Part shown: positions 38,034-52,000 of the stretch, in pieces
How the letters are laid out: each line of letters begins with the position of its first letter
Position numbering within the stretch: the first letter of the stretch is position 1
NCBI RefSeq assembly: GCF_964194025.1
Contig: NC_134474.1
Span: 51,646,001-51,710,000, forward strand
DNA from: Convolutriloba macropyga
Taxonomy: Eukaryota
Length of the DNA stretch: 64,000 bases
Direction of reading: 5' to 3'
The notes under the pieces: generated by a model
Seen by the model: only the letters and a program-made list of their open reading frames with translations
Told to the model about the DNA's origin: nothing
Databases searched by the model: none
Made by a program: the position numbers and the translations under genes

Positions 38034-38424
38034 ACTAAAACAAATCCAGATGTATTTGTTGTAGATAATTGAATCATTGTAATAAGTCTTTTTAAATATG
38101 AGGTGATATCTACAGGTTATTTTATTAGTAGTAGGTTATTACTACGAATTGAATATTAGTGATGCTTACGATATGTTATTTGTGAATCGGTGAATAACCT
38201 TTCATAATCAGTTAGGTGAATAATCAGTGAGGTGAAAAATCCGTTAGAGCACTGAAAGGTTATACACTAAAAGGTTATACACTAAAAGGTTATACCCAGT
38301 AGTTGAAATTACAATGTGCGTATTACTCTATATAATAGAGGTGAGTATAACTGGTGTGAAAATATCGCTGAAATGGTGAAATAACATTGTGAAATACGTC
38401 TTTTTAATTAGGTAGGCGATAATA

Positions 38425-41400
38425 TTAAATTTCATAATTAGTGATGGATTGTGAGTCTGAAAAGGTGACTTCATTAGTGTGAGGTCTATCTTCCTCATCC
38501 AACATATCCATGTTTTAAGTCAATGGATTTATATTCTTATTAACTTTTAAATGTTTGAAATCCAAAGGCGGTGGGTTTTGTATTTCAAGTAATTTAACAG
38601 AAGGAATTAAATGTTTTGGTGTTTCGTCTTTTTGAGTAGTATCGTAGTTCGGTCTTTTATCGAATAATTCAGGTGCACTTGGAGTTTGATATGGCGGTGG
38701 TGTTATTAATGGGGTTGGTGGGAATGGTGGAGGTATTTTTGGTAATGGTTGAACTCGGATCGATGCTTTGTCGTGTATTGTTGCATATAATTCTTGGTGT
38801 AAAGGTTCCAGGCTGGATTTTCTTGTTGAAACACTGGGTTTACTTTAGTGATTAGTATTCTTAAGTTGTATACCTTTCTTTGATCGTCTGATTGTTGCGT
38901 TATACTGTTTGTAATTGGTATCAACATATATATCATTATCATCAAATACGAATGGTGATTCGGTTATTTGGATATCTGATCTTGGCTGGTGTTCATTGTT
39001 ACTTTTAGTTTCTTCTTTTGTGTGTTACCATTATGTGTTCCGTGGCTATTATTATCATCATCTGATGAATTATCTGTATCTTGTGCTTCGGCAATCAATT
39101 GTGTTAGCGTGTGTGTGAAAATATTTCAAATTTTCCAGATAAAAGAATTCGTGTTAAACTTACTTGTTTACCAATAGCTTTGTGTATTGCAAAGGCGTTG
39201 TAAAATTTATTTATTATATTAAATACGAATAGTAAAAAATTTACCATGGCATATATTATTGCTATTTTTTCGAGTATATACCAAGGCCAACCAAATATAG
39301 TTATGAATTGGTCTTTTAACCATTTTCCATCAAATTTTTCTTTCCAATTGATGGTGGGTTGGTCTATCTGAAAATTAAAACCGTTAATGTTAAGATCTTT
39401 CAGCCATTTGAGTGGATTTTCATAACGTTTATAGCCGTCTAGTAGTCCTTATTGGTCTAGTTCAAGGAGTTTTTGAGCATTAGCTGAGGTGGCTTCATGT
39501 AGTGGCTCGGCTCTGTCTCGGATATACTCTCGTAATAAATCTCGTTCTCGTTCTTTTATTAGTTGTTCTTTACTGAATATTCCGTTTTCAATTAAACTAG
39601 CTCTACTAAAAAGTTTATCGACTCTAATTTCTTCAGGTGAAATTGTATGAAGAATTGTTTCTACTTTTATAGGGAAAGGTGTTAGTCTATATTGTACAGT
39701 TCTTTTTATATCAACGGAAATAAGTTCACCAAAGTTATTGTGAGAACAAGGGACTTTTTTAGCCCAGGTGTAGGTCTTTCGTGTCAGTTGGTGTACGTAT
39801 TGTACAACTCCTTTATACAGGACGGGTATTTTGTTGTAACAAGTTTTATCATCTGGTACCCATAGTTGTGAAACTTTTTTGGCGCATCTGTACATTTTCA
39901 TGACATTTGTACCTTCTTCCTGTACAAATATTGAACGATCTCGTGTTAGTACGTAGCCTAGTAGTGTTGTGTCTTTGTGTACTTGTGTAAGTGCTAGTTG
40001 TCTAATGTTTCGGGTTTGCTCGCATAATTTTGAGTAAAATTCAATGGCTTGTAGGCTGAGTTGAGAATATATTTTACTCATATACAAGTCCATTTGCATT
40101 TCAAGGTGTGTTATTTCATTGACAAAACCATAGTAGTAATATTTTTGTGGTTTTTGGTTTTATTTGGTTGTTGAGAAATATCTTTACTATTGATTTTTAT
40201 AAATTTTTCGTTGTCAAAGGTGTTAATATCTGTATCGTATGTTTTTCTTGTGTTCATATCAAAACCCCGTTCATAAAATATGAAGATGTCTCCGTATTCT
40301 GTTGGGTATAATGTTTTTGTAGATCCGCAATAAAATTCTGGTTTACTATAAACTTCGGTTCTGGTTGCTATTTGGGTGTTATTTTTAGGTTTGGTTTTGT
40401 TTTTGTTATGTTCATTTAGTTTCTGAACTAGGTTCCAGTCGGTGTTTGTTTCAATTCAATACCTATCTTTGTATTTTACCATGTATGCATCAAATCGTAA
40501 CATTTTAAAGATCTGAAAATGTAATTCAGGTTCCCAAACAATGGTTGATTTAGTTAGGGCTGTTGGGTCACAGTATCCTCTTTCTACCTTGCATGGTAAT
40601 TTGGTACCATCTAATGAAATTTCATTCGTTTCTAGGTTAAGAGTTAGTGATAATTCGCTTAATGACAATGTCCAATCTAGGAAATCGAGTCGACTTTGGA
40701 CTTTTCGTCCTCCTGTACAACTGGATTGTCTGTTTTTAGATGTTGTCAGTATCCAGGATTCGTCTGTGTAAACTAATCTTCCGTATTGTGGTGTTAACGG
40801 GGTGATGTATGATAATCTAATTTCTCCTTGTGGTTTTTCTATTCGGTTTTGTAGACTTAGGTTACTCATATAATTAAAAGAAATATTATGAGTTTTAGGT
40901 TGATATTTAGTGTTTTTTAGGATGTTGATTCGTGCTAATTCATTTCTGACCTCATCAGGGTCTAATATTTTCCTTCATTGAGCATCCGAGTAATAAATAT
41001 TTTGACAACTTGCTCGGATGTAATCGGAGTGTTGTGACCACCAATGAACAGTTTCTTTTATTGTTCCTTCAACTGCAAATGCTTTGATTTCTATTGCTTT
41101 TGCTCTAGATAGTAATTGTACTCCAGTTTTTTCCATTTCTAAATCCATAGGTTTAAATGTGCAGGTGCTAACTTTATTAAGTTCGTAGTATTTAACATTG
41201 CTGATTTCGTTGATTTCACAATCATAATGTTCGACAAATATGTCTTGTGGTCCTGTTGGTGGTCCAGCTGTGATTGTGTTAATACTTGGTTATAGATTTT
41301 TATCTATTATTCTTCGTGAGCGTTTCTGTTTTTTGTTATGGTTTGTTTCATTTGTGAATATTGTTTTTGCTGATTGAGGAATACTGTGATTTCTACGATA

Positions 41401-41840
41401 TGGTTCTATTATCGCTCCGTTAAGATTAGTCTGTACTTGGTGTATTTCAGTTATTTTCTGTTTTGATATTGGAAATTCCAGGTTTTTTGGGTATTTGAGA
41501 GTGTATTTCGAGCTGTGCTTTTTCTAGATGTTGTATGTTATCTTCGATTTCTATGTTCCGGCTAATGAATGGTGTATCTATTTGAGTTGGAGGGCTTGGT
41601 TTTCCTCAGTTATGGAACCAATAGTCTGCTCGTATGTTCCATAGATCTTCATAATCTGATTCGGTGATATTTATAATATTCGTTAAGTAAGTATTATTTA
41701 TTTCGTGTTTAGTTCGATCTTGTAGGTTTTTGATGTCTTTTGCACGAAGTTTAATTGGTCCTATACCGTATTCAAGGTATGCTAGTAATAGGAATAGAAA
41801 TATAAAGGTGAAAAGTATTACGTTATTATTACTAGTTGAA
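38425..41840 (-). pseudogene. env: Envelope glycoprotein, class III (chuvirus/Monjiviricetes-like) fusion protein
   Basis: Signal-like VILFTFIFLFLLLAYL (~41780-41825), furin-like KRSRR (~41320), VEHYDCE, LPCKVERGYCDPTALTKSTIVWEP, FYCGS..LYPTEY, LCEQ, MYRC, CYNKIPV...YVHQLTRK...VPC. TM segment IFGWPWYILEKIAIIYAMVNFLLFVF (~39220-39300). Confidence 0.8.
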
Positions 41841-44800
41841 CCGACATGTGTACGTTAGTCCTGTGTGTCGGTTATGAAACGATGCAAAACCAAGTGTTTG
41901 TTGTGTATATCTATCAAATTTGTATATAAATTCAGTGCAAATAAATGGCGGAGGTGTTGTACGAGTGGTAATTGATGGGGTTGCTGCGTGAAAGGGGTGA
42001 TTAAAAATGGTGTTATATCTAATTGTTGATTGAAAATGTAATTCTAAACTTGGTGTTGATAGTACGTTAATTGCGTTTGGTCTCTGTCGTGTAGTGAGGT
42101 TTAGAGTATGTTCAAGTCTTTCTCTTGCCCCATTAGTAAATGTGTCTCCCAAACTTGTTGGTCCGTATAGAACTGGTGCTGGTGTATATGATGTGTGATC
42201 TAATAAAAATCTTTGCGTATGTTCACGAGTTCTGCTTCTCGTTGGTAGCTTTTGGTTATGTATTGCTGGTAGTAATGGTCCTCGTAGTCCTGTATAATTT
42301 TCAGGTAGTCTTATTTTCGGTTCAAAGTTAATACTGGATATAATAGGTGAATGTTCTGATACTAACGATGATTCTATTTGGGAGTATGTATTGGATACGT
42401 TTTCTTTTAAAGATGTGTTTTGTGTTGAGAGGGTTAGGCTTGATCTTGGTGTTCTTTGTGAGCTCGAAATTGATTCTCGTGATGATGCCGACCAAAATGA
42501 GCTTTGGGGTGCGATTGCTTGATGTTGTCTAAGTTGTTGTTGTACAAAGTTAAAATCTTGTACTTGTTGTCTTGTTGGCTGAAAAAAGGGATTCGCTCTA
42601 AGTTCTGTTGATGTGGGAGTGGCTATTGATGATTCGCTAGGTAATTCTGGTGAAGCAATACTAAAATTTTGTAATGTTGGTGTACTTTTTCTGCTAGATG
42701 GTTCTGAACGTCTGTTGCTTAATGGTCTTATTTCATTATCGTCTATTTCAATATCTGCTGTACGATATGGGGTTAAAAGTGCTTGGTTTGGATACGAAAA
42801 CGAAGATGTTCTTCTTGCTTTTTACTAGAGTTCTCCTGGGTGGGACGCTTTCGCGTCTAACTGTGTATAGATTCTCTGTTCCTATTTCATATTCTTCTGG
42901 TGATGTGGGTATATTAGTTAAATCAGTGACTTCGTTGTCGTGCGGGCGTTCAATAGTATTATGATTATTGTTCGACGCAATTGTGTAAATTAAGCGCCCC
43001 TGTCAGGCGTACCTGGCGGTTTATTTTGATGTCTATTATTTGTAGCGAAATAATTATTTATTAATGGATTATTATTTCTTGGTATTATTCTATTCTGTCG
43101 AATATTGTGTTGTGTTATTTGTGAATGTGATTGTAGGTTCAATTGTGTTGTATTATGTTTTGATGTGTTGTTATATAATGCAACTGTGTTGTTTCGTGTA
43201 AATGCGAGTGTGGAGGGATTGTTTTGGTAATTTGGGTCTTGAGTATATTGTGCGTTTAATGCGGTTGGTGGTGATAGAATAAGTAATGAAGTTATGGTTT
43301 GTATAGGTTGGCTTGTCTGTGTACATAGATTAGAAATCCAAACTTCGTGATTTTCGCGTTTGTTTATTTGGTATATTAGAACATTTCCATAATACTGTGT
43401 ATTTTCTGGAAAAGCGACTTGTAAGTAAAAGTTATGGGCTCTTAAAGTATAGTAAATAGCTTCTTCAACGCTTCTGTCGGGATCAATTTTGATTAGTGTT
43501 GTTATGGTCCAAATATAGATTTTAATAAGTTATAGCACATTAATACAAAGAAGTATATTATAAACGCTGTTTTTAGAAATTGGAAGATTTCCAGTTCGAT
43601 GTCTTTCAGAAATGTTTTGCAAAAATGATTTGTGTCTTCCTCGTTTATGCCTTGTCCTTCTGACATTTAATAGATTGGTATAGTTGCATGTATTACTCTA
43701 TTTCTTCGAGGGGCGGTACGGATAATTTCAAATGCTAGGTATATCGAAATAGCTACTATACAAGGTGTTGTGAGTATTGTGATTAGACTAATTATATTGT
43801 AGAATATTATAACGGTATCAATTTTGGCGGTTTGAGGTGAATATTTCGTTATTGTTTTCAGAGACTATTACAAATGGTGTTTTGAATTTAGAAATGTCAA
43901 TACACTTTTCGTATTTGTCGTCTGAGATTCTCGTAATCTATCATAGACTGTAACGTGATTGGTTTTGTCAGTAGGTGATAAACGTAGTGTTCTCCCCAGT
44001 GAAGATCTACTAAGGTATTATTATTTTTGATTGCTGTGCACGCTATAAGGTATTTTTTGTGGTATGTTCTACAATTAAGCAAATGTGATGTATCGTTATT
44101 ATAATGAATATGACAATGTGCGTGTACGATTAATTGTTTGTATTTGTCTCTGTTATTAGGACATTCAACTACAATTGCTACTTCAGATTTTTGCTTTTTG
44201 TCCATCTATATCGTACATATCTAGTTCTAGTGTGTCCGTTTTTGTCTTTCGTTTGAAATCTCAATGTAATATTGATTATTTTAGTTTTTTTAGCTATTCT
44301 GAAATTTGTGTCTATAATTACTTTTCCTGACTTTTGGTCTCGTTACGCGTATTCGCATAAAGGTATTTTGACAATTAATGTGTTAACAGTTTATATTGAA
44401 AGTAAGATTTAGTTGGATATTTTTTGCACTTCTACTATTTCGTTAGCAATCTGTAGTGTTTGTTCGTAAATGGGTACTAGTTCTGGGTGTTCTCTGTACA
44501 AACTAGATTGTAGATTAATATAGATATAGGTGTATCCGGCGATATTAGTATTTATATTTGTATCAGTTACAAAATGTTTATGATAATAAACATACGGGTT
44601 TTGTATGTCTATTGTTGGGTTGATATCTATTTTTGTATTTTTGAAATATGTTTTCTTAATACAAGACAAGGTGGAATTTCTAAATGTTGGAATCGATATG
44701 ATGTAAGTGTCAAGATAATCTAGAAATCTGAATATTATTCTAAATCAGAAAACTATTACAATTGCGGTGAGTATAAATGTCTAAGTAGTTAGTGTACCAT

Positions 44801-46150
44801 GCAAACTATTACAACTATCACAATTTTGTGTACTCACTTGGCAAAGGTGATTATCAAATGAAGAAGGTGATTTGAAATTTGTGGAAGCGGATACTGAATT
44901 GGAGAGGAGTAGAGGAAGTGTGTTTGAGATTACTCCGTTCAACTGGATAAGAACCGGTTGGAATATATTCGTCGATTGGTTGATATTTATTGATTGCAAT
45001 TGGAATCAGAGTAATATCTGATAAGCGATTGATCAGGTGTTAAATAATTGAAAGGATTACCTGTATCCAAGATTGATTCTGATTTTGTGAAAATATTAAG
45101 AGGAATTTGCTTACTGAGCTCTTTTAAGAGTTCTTGTTTGATTGAAGAAATAGAGATTGAATGTTTTGTTTCTGGTTTGATGAGAATGTTGGACTTGGCT
45201 TAAATTATTAAGCTTTGTTGATTCGAGATCTAGTTTGAAATTGGATTTATTCCAAGATTGAGATTGAACTGATAGTGAAAGTCAACTGACTAGCAAGAGG
45301 CAGAATCGAGGTTGTGATGTCAATTCTATATCGAATTGGGTCTATTTTCTATAATTCCCAATTAGCGTTTTGTTTGAGTTTTAGAATCCTTTAAAGCGTG
45401 TCTGCCATTCATCAATAGTGGCCATTAGAAAGGTGTTTTAATGAGCAAGGTGTTTCCATTGGGTTCTGAACAACTCTAATTGAATCTGAACAACAGGAAG
45501 TGGTTTCAATTGGCTTCATTGAGTGGCAGTTGCGATCTCTAAACTTGTTCTACTCTGTTGAACACAGTCTTTCCGTCTTTATTCAGTGATTAAGTATTGT
45601 TTAACAATGTCGATTTGCCTGCTTTAAGAGTTTTTGAGGCTTTCCAAAGCCGTATAAGTGTGTTACTTTGTCGGACTGAATACTTTAATTGCGTCCGTAC
45701 AAGTGTTTGAAATTCTTAAGTATTTGAAAGCATTTTCTTTTAATTATTATATTTGGGTCTTCCATCTATTTTCAAGTGTTTTAATTGAATCCTTAAGGGA
45801 TTTCTGCATGATTTTTCCTTTCTGAGATAGGAAAAATTGAAATTTGTTGGTAATTTTTGAATCTCTCGAGTCCTTAGGTGTAGACTTGGTGTTATTTTTC
45901 AAGTGCTAAAATTGGTTATATCGTACTTCAGTGTTCTTATACGAAGATCGTGAATACGTATTAATGTACTGTTTAATGTAGTAGGCGTTTCTGGGAGTCT
46001 GAGTTTGTGATCCGTTAAAGGATTGAAGTGTTCGTATAATGGATTTAAATGTTGAAGGGTGTTTGATTGACGTTTGCTAATTTCATATCTGATTTATCTA
46101 TTTTCGTTCATTCGGACGATCCGTGTCATTTAGCAGAATATTGTGTGATT
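41832..46150 (-). pseudogene. Degenerate extra coding region between integrase and env
   Basis: Chain of sense-strand ORF fragments: 44781..44999, 44409..44669, 43897..44205 and 41832..42152. No domain recognised. Confidence 0.5.
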
Positions 46151-46779
46151 TAAGGTTATGAATGTCGTGATACAGGTGTTTAGTGTATAGGTCGTAAATG
46201 TAGTGTAGAATTAGAAAATGACATAGTGTCGAATATGTTGTACGCGCGGTGTGTGCGGGTAATTGTGTGTATGTATTGTGTAGACTGAATCGTTAAACAT
46301 AGTGGTTATTAATTTAAACACTTGTTATGAATATCGTAGTGGCACGAGTGAACGGAAGAGTTCACTAAACAGATCGTTGAATAGACAGATTAATAGCTGT
46401 CAAATATGAATGTTTCAAATGTGACTAGAGGCGAATATCAATGTGACAAGATGCTGTCAAATATGAATTTCAATGTGGCTAGAAGTGATTAGATATGTGA
46501 ATTATAACATAATTGTGTAACTAGAGATGACTAGAGGTGATTTGATGTGTGTGTTATCACATAATTGTGTTTATTAAAAAAATTTATTTTGTATTTTTTT
46601 CAGGTGATTGAGAATGGACTTTCGTGTATGTTTTTTGAAGTTGCTGGTGAAGTTATTTATCTTGTTCGTTATGTTGGGGTGTATGGTGTGGGAGTATTTT
46701 ATGGCGGGAGTAGTGGATGGATTGGTAATATCATCAATATTGTCAATATTATGTAGTTGTCGGAATAGATAATATTTCC

Positions 46780-48010
46780 TTTAATATTGAATTATTCTTT
46801 TTGTTATGGTGCTATAATTATTGGTGCTACTTTTAGGTCCGTTACTTTAGTTCAGTTATTAGTTATTAGTTTCAATTTAGTTTCGTTAGTTAGTTTACCT
46901 TTCCTTAGTTTACATTCCTTTAGTTACTTCGATTCTTTTAGTTGTTACATTCGTTTAGTTTAGATTACATTCGCTTAGATTATAATCGTTCAGGTATTTA
47001 GTCTAGATTAGTTTAGGATTATTTTAGGATATTAGTTTAGTTTAGGATTTTTGTAGATTAGTAGAATTAGGTTACTTCATTTTATTACGATTATTTAGAT
47101 TTCAGTTAGTTAGTGAGGTAGTAGTTATTTAGTTATAGTGTAGATAGTTAATTTAAGTAGTTAATTCAATTACTCGTGTTGTAGTTCGTGTTATTTAGTT
47201 AGTTGTAGTTTTATTGAATATTCGTTTATAGTAGTCGGTTAGTTTACAGTTACAGTTACTTATTGTAGTTTATTTGTTTACTTTATAGTTAGCAATGTAG
47301 GTTTAGTTAGTTCTGTGTTTTAAAAGTTTAGCTAGTTTATTTAGTTTAGTTAATTTAGTTAATTAACCGTTAGTTATGTAGATAGTTAGCAGAATTTTAT
47401 TAGAACACTTTAGTGTAGGTTAGTTGCGTGTGTCTAACTGATGTTCCCGGATGGTTGTGCATCAGACGGTGCCGATGTATGGTGCCGGTGCCGGTGCCGT
47501 GTATTATATCCGTGCCGGCCGATGTTTATCTCGGTGCCGTCACTGTAATTAAGTCATTGCAGGTATTTGTGTATGTCTCGCTGAGGTACCCTGCTGATTG
47601 TACATTATTAGTACACTATTATGCATTTTATGCACTTCAAATTATTGGTTTGGGTTTGAGATGTCCTTCGTATACGTGACTTTTTAAAGCGACTAACGAT
47701 TATATTAATTGTTTTTACCAATTGATTAGTTTGATTAGTTTGATTAATAATTTAGAGTAGATTATAATAGGATTTTTTATTTGATTTTTTATTTGTTCGT
47801 GTTTAGCTTTTGTTTATTAATTGAGTTTATTAGTTTATTTATTAGTTTAGTTATTGTGTCATTTATACTTGTAGTTATTATTCGTTAGTTACTTATCAAT
47901 TATTTGTTCGTAGATTAGTTATTCATTTTGTTGTGTTAGATTAATTTTTCATTTTGTTTATTAGTTATTAGTTCTTGATTATTAGTTGTTTGTTTATTGA
48001 CGTTTATTAT
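46780..48010. repeat. Low-complexity ttag/gttag-rich tract with a GC-rich ggtgcc island
   Basis: Dense ttagtt words. (ggtgcc)n at ~47481-47499. Confidence 0.75.
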
Positions 48011-49099
48011 TGCGTGCCTGATGATGCGGCTGGTGAGAAGTGACTGACACTGGTGGTGAATGGTGCCATTGGTGTTGAAGTGACTGACACTGGTGGTGAA
48101 GTGACTTCTGTGAATGGTGTTTACAATAGACGATGTTTACAGATGATGTTTACAATTGATGGTGGTTGGTGTATGAGCAGATGGTGTATCTGCAGATGGT
48201 GTAGAGTATAGTTACATTTTTGGTTCTGATTCACAATTGACGATAAAAGGTGAAACATGTTTTACGAACATTTGAAAACACTTTGTGAACTTCATATTTA
48301 AACGTTTTGAGCTTTCTTAATTTATTGATTTATTTCCTTGTTTTAGTGTATTTGTAGTGTGTAGTATTATATTATTTTGAATTAAATTCCTTTAATTCGT
48401 TTTTAAATGACTGAGTTATAGAATGGAGTGATGTTAGTAGAAGTGATGAAAGAGCATATTTATGAAGGTTGGGGTGTGTATGTGGTATTAGGAGAAAGCA
48501 TGAAATGATGGAAGGAGGAATTGAAAGAAAGGGGGTGAAAGGAGAAGTGTTTAAACGAAAGGTGGAGAAAGTGATTTTCATAATCTTGTTGTAGATTATT
48601 TATTAGTTGACCATGATTAGTTAGTTGAGTGTTAAACACATAATAAGTAAGGTTCGAATATAGATGATGATTACTTAGAATGATGGTGAGAATGGATTAT
48701 AAACAAGGTGGTGAAAAAGGTATGTATTACAAATAATAGTGTATTCAAAATTATTTATGACCCTTCAATTCGATCAAACTATCATTCGGCGAAATGACCG
48801 TTCGGCTAGAGGACCATTCGGTGGAATGTATCATTTAATACTGACTGAATACAGACATTAATACAGGCTTCAAGTTTTCACTGTGCTTGTTTTATTCTGT
48901 TAGGTTTAAATTGTTATCGTCATATAACTAAATGGTCTCGAAACTATTGTCGTCTCGAAACTAAAAGGTTAGTTATTACTTGGGTTTAAAGGAAGAAAGA
49001 AATAGTAATTTGTTTCTCACAGGTACAAAATATAAATCAATTTAGAATGAAGATGTGATTTAAGAAGATGTGACATCAGTATAAATTGCACATGATAGA

Positions 49100-52000
49100 G
49101 TAATAATTGTTTACTGAAATAATTATGGTTAAGCTTCAAATGTGATCTCATATGAGTTATGATAATCATATTAGAACGGGTTAACAGGAATTTGGTTTCA
49201 AGGTTTTTTTTATTTCAAATAATAATCTGTTTTGAAATATTTTTCTGTTATTTCGAATTTATTTTGACTTTTCTTTTTCGTAAATTTTATGGTGAATTTT
49301 CTTCCAGTTTTTCGGTTTCTGGTGTAAAATCCATGCGGTTTTTCTTTAATCTTGTTTTTTCTAGTTGTTTCGATGTTGGTATGTTTTTAAACAAGTAATT
49401 GATGAGTTCTTCTTTAATATGTTTTTCTTTTGGATAGTATGGTAGTATATGATTTCTGTGGATTGTAATTTTTTCTTTATCCTTGTCCTCTAGTATGTAT
49501 GTTGTATCAGTTGGTTTTTCAACTATTAGGTATGGGCCTGTCTTGAGGGGTATTAGTCTTTCGATACTCCTTCTATTTGTGGTTGGTTAGTTAGGAGTAC
49601 AAATGTACGAATTGGTAAAGGTTTAGCTGTTCGAAATCTCGTATTCATTTCATCGGTTAGTTTTTTGCGATTCTGTAAAATTCGTGTTATCAATTGATAG
49701 GTTTCGTTTAATTGTTTTTCTTTATCTAAGAACCTTTTTGCAAAAGTTCCTTTATGCAATTTTGCAAGTTTTGGGTGATTGAATTGTTGTTCTAGGTGAG
49801 TGTGTGTAGGTTGTGTTTTACAAATGCTTTTATCTGAAGGATTTTAATTTCCAAGTTCATCAGTTGTCGTTCCTAATTTTACTTGTGTTGGTTTACGTGG
49901 TTTCTGATTAAGTACTACTTCATAGGGTGACATTCCTAATTTAGTTTGGTTTTGTGTATTATAGGCGTAGGGGAAGAATTTTGCTTTTCGTGACCAATTA
50001 TTGAATTTTCCATCTACTAATGTTCTTATGAACTGTCCATTAATACGATTTGTTTCTTCTACTAAACCGTTGGTCCAGGGTGCGTAGGTAGTACTTGGTT
50101 TAAATTTAATTTCAAAATGTTCACACAGGTGTGTAAGTTCGGTGTTAATATATTCCGACCCGTTGTCTGATCGTAGTTCTTCTGGTAGTCCGAATTTCAT
50201 GAACCAATGTTCGAATAATGCTGTATATGCATAGTAAGCGTTATTTTTTGGTGCACGCATAATGATGACCAAGTGTGAAAATGCGTCTACTATTACGAAA
50301 ATATATTGATGTCCGTCAGAAGGTGGGTTTTTTGGTTCTTTTGTATCTCTCATGATCATTCCGGTGAAATGTGTTGTTTTTGAAGCAAGGTGTTCTGTGT
50401 TTGCCTTGTTGTGGTTATTTGCAAAAATTTTGTTTGTTTGACATTTGATACAATCTGCTAATAAGATCTTGATCCAAGTATGGAGGTTAGGGAAATAATA
50501 TTTTTTCCATCAGGTTCCGTTTTGTCTTTTCTAATCCTGTTTGACCAACTGTATCTATGCAGTGGTTTTCAAAGAATGCACATAGTAGTAGTGTGAGGGG
50601 AAGGCAAATTCGTATGAGTGATTTTTTCTTAATTGTGATAAGCATTGTCATTAATGAGGTGTTTTCGTCTATCACTATTGATTTAAATTTCCTGTAATAT
50701 GCGAATAGTCCTTTATTTCCTCGAATTTCTGGTGTGACTGAATGTGGTTCATTATTATTTGATTTCCACATTCTTACTCTGTGTAGTACTGGGTCTAGAA
50801 GTTGTGTTTCTTTTAGTAAAGAATTGATGATTTTTGTATTTTCGTCGTAGAAGATGCAATTATTTTAACATTGTTAAACTGTTGTTTGGATGCTTGTACG
50901 TTATTAAATAATCGAAGGTAGTCATCGTCGTGATTTTTAATGTTTTGGTTTTTAGATATTATTAGATCATCTTTTTCAATTATTGGTGAATTCCAATTTT
51001 TAATTTTCGGTTTATAATTTGGTATCAGTTTTGTTTTTGTTTCATTTTTAAATTTTTCATATGAAATTGGTTGGTAGTCATTTTTATCGATATTAATTTC
51101 AAAGAAATTATTGTGGATATTAGCTAATAGAGGATAGTGTGTTTGATCTATTTTTTCTACGTTGTTGTTATAACAGATGCTATATTGGCATTCAATATTA
51201 TTTCCAAACGGTGTTTTCGCAAAGTAAAATTTAATATTTTCTGGTATTTCAACTGTGATATCTCTAGTTTTTGTGAATTGATCTCCGTTAATGGTTCTGC
51301 TGAGGAGATCTGGCAGAAGGAAAAAACTGGCATAGCTAAGTTTTTTTCCTTCTGTCCATATAATATGGACAGAAGGAAAAAACTGCCAAAGCTAAGTTTT
51401 TTCCTTCTGTCCATATAATATGGAGGTTGGAGAATTTCATTAGTATTAATTGGAATCGGTAAACTCTATGATTAGGTTTATTTTTCTGGGTGAATAGATA
51501 TATAATAGGTTTATGGTCAGAAAATAGTATTATTGGGTGTTTGTTTTGATCCTGTTAAAAGGAATTCATATTCCATTAATGCAAATATTATTGCACTACA
51601 TTCGCGAATGAGAGTTGATAATCTCATTCCGATAGGTGTAAATAATCGTGAATTTGTTGATATCAGATTCATTTTATTTTCAGTTGGGTGTTGTTGCTGT
51701 AATGCTGCTCCGATTCCCGTGTTGGAAGCATCAGTAATGATGTAAAATGGTTTACTAGTGTCTGGCATTCTCATTTTGAGTTGTTTGGTTATCGTTTGTT
51801 TCATTTTCTCAAATACTATTTGGTGTTCTTTTGTCCATTTAAATTCTGTTTCTTTATTTAATAGTTTATAAAGTGCTTTTAGTATGGGTTGCAGTCCATA
51901 GACATTTTTGGCTAAAAAATTTATAGTTCCAAGGTATCGTTGAAGTGATTTCATGCTATTTGGTGGTTCTATTTTTTCGGAATTCTTCAATAAGTGAAGT

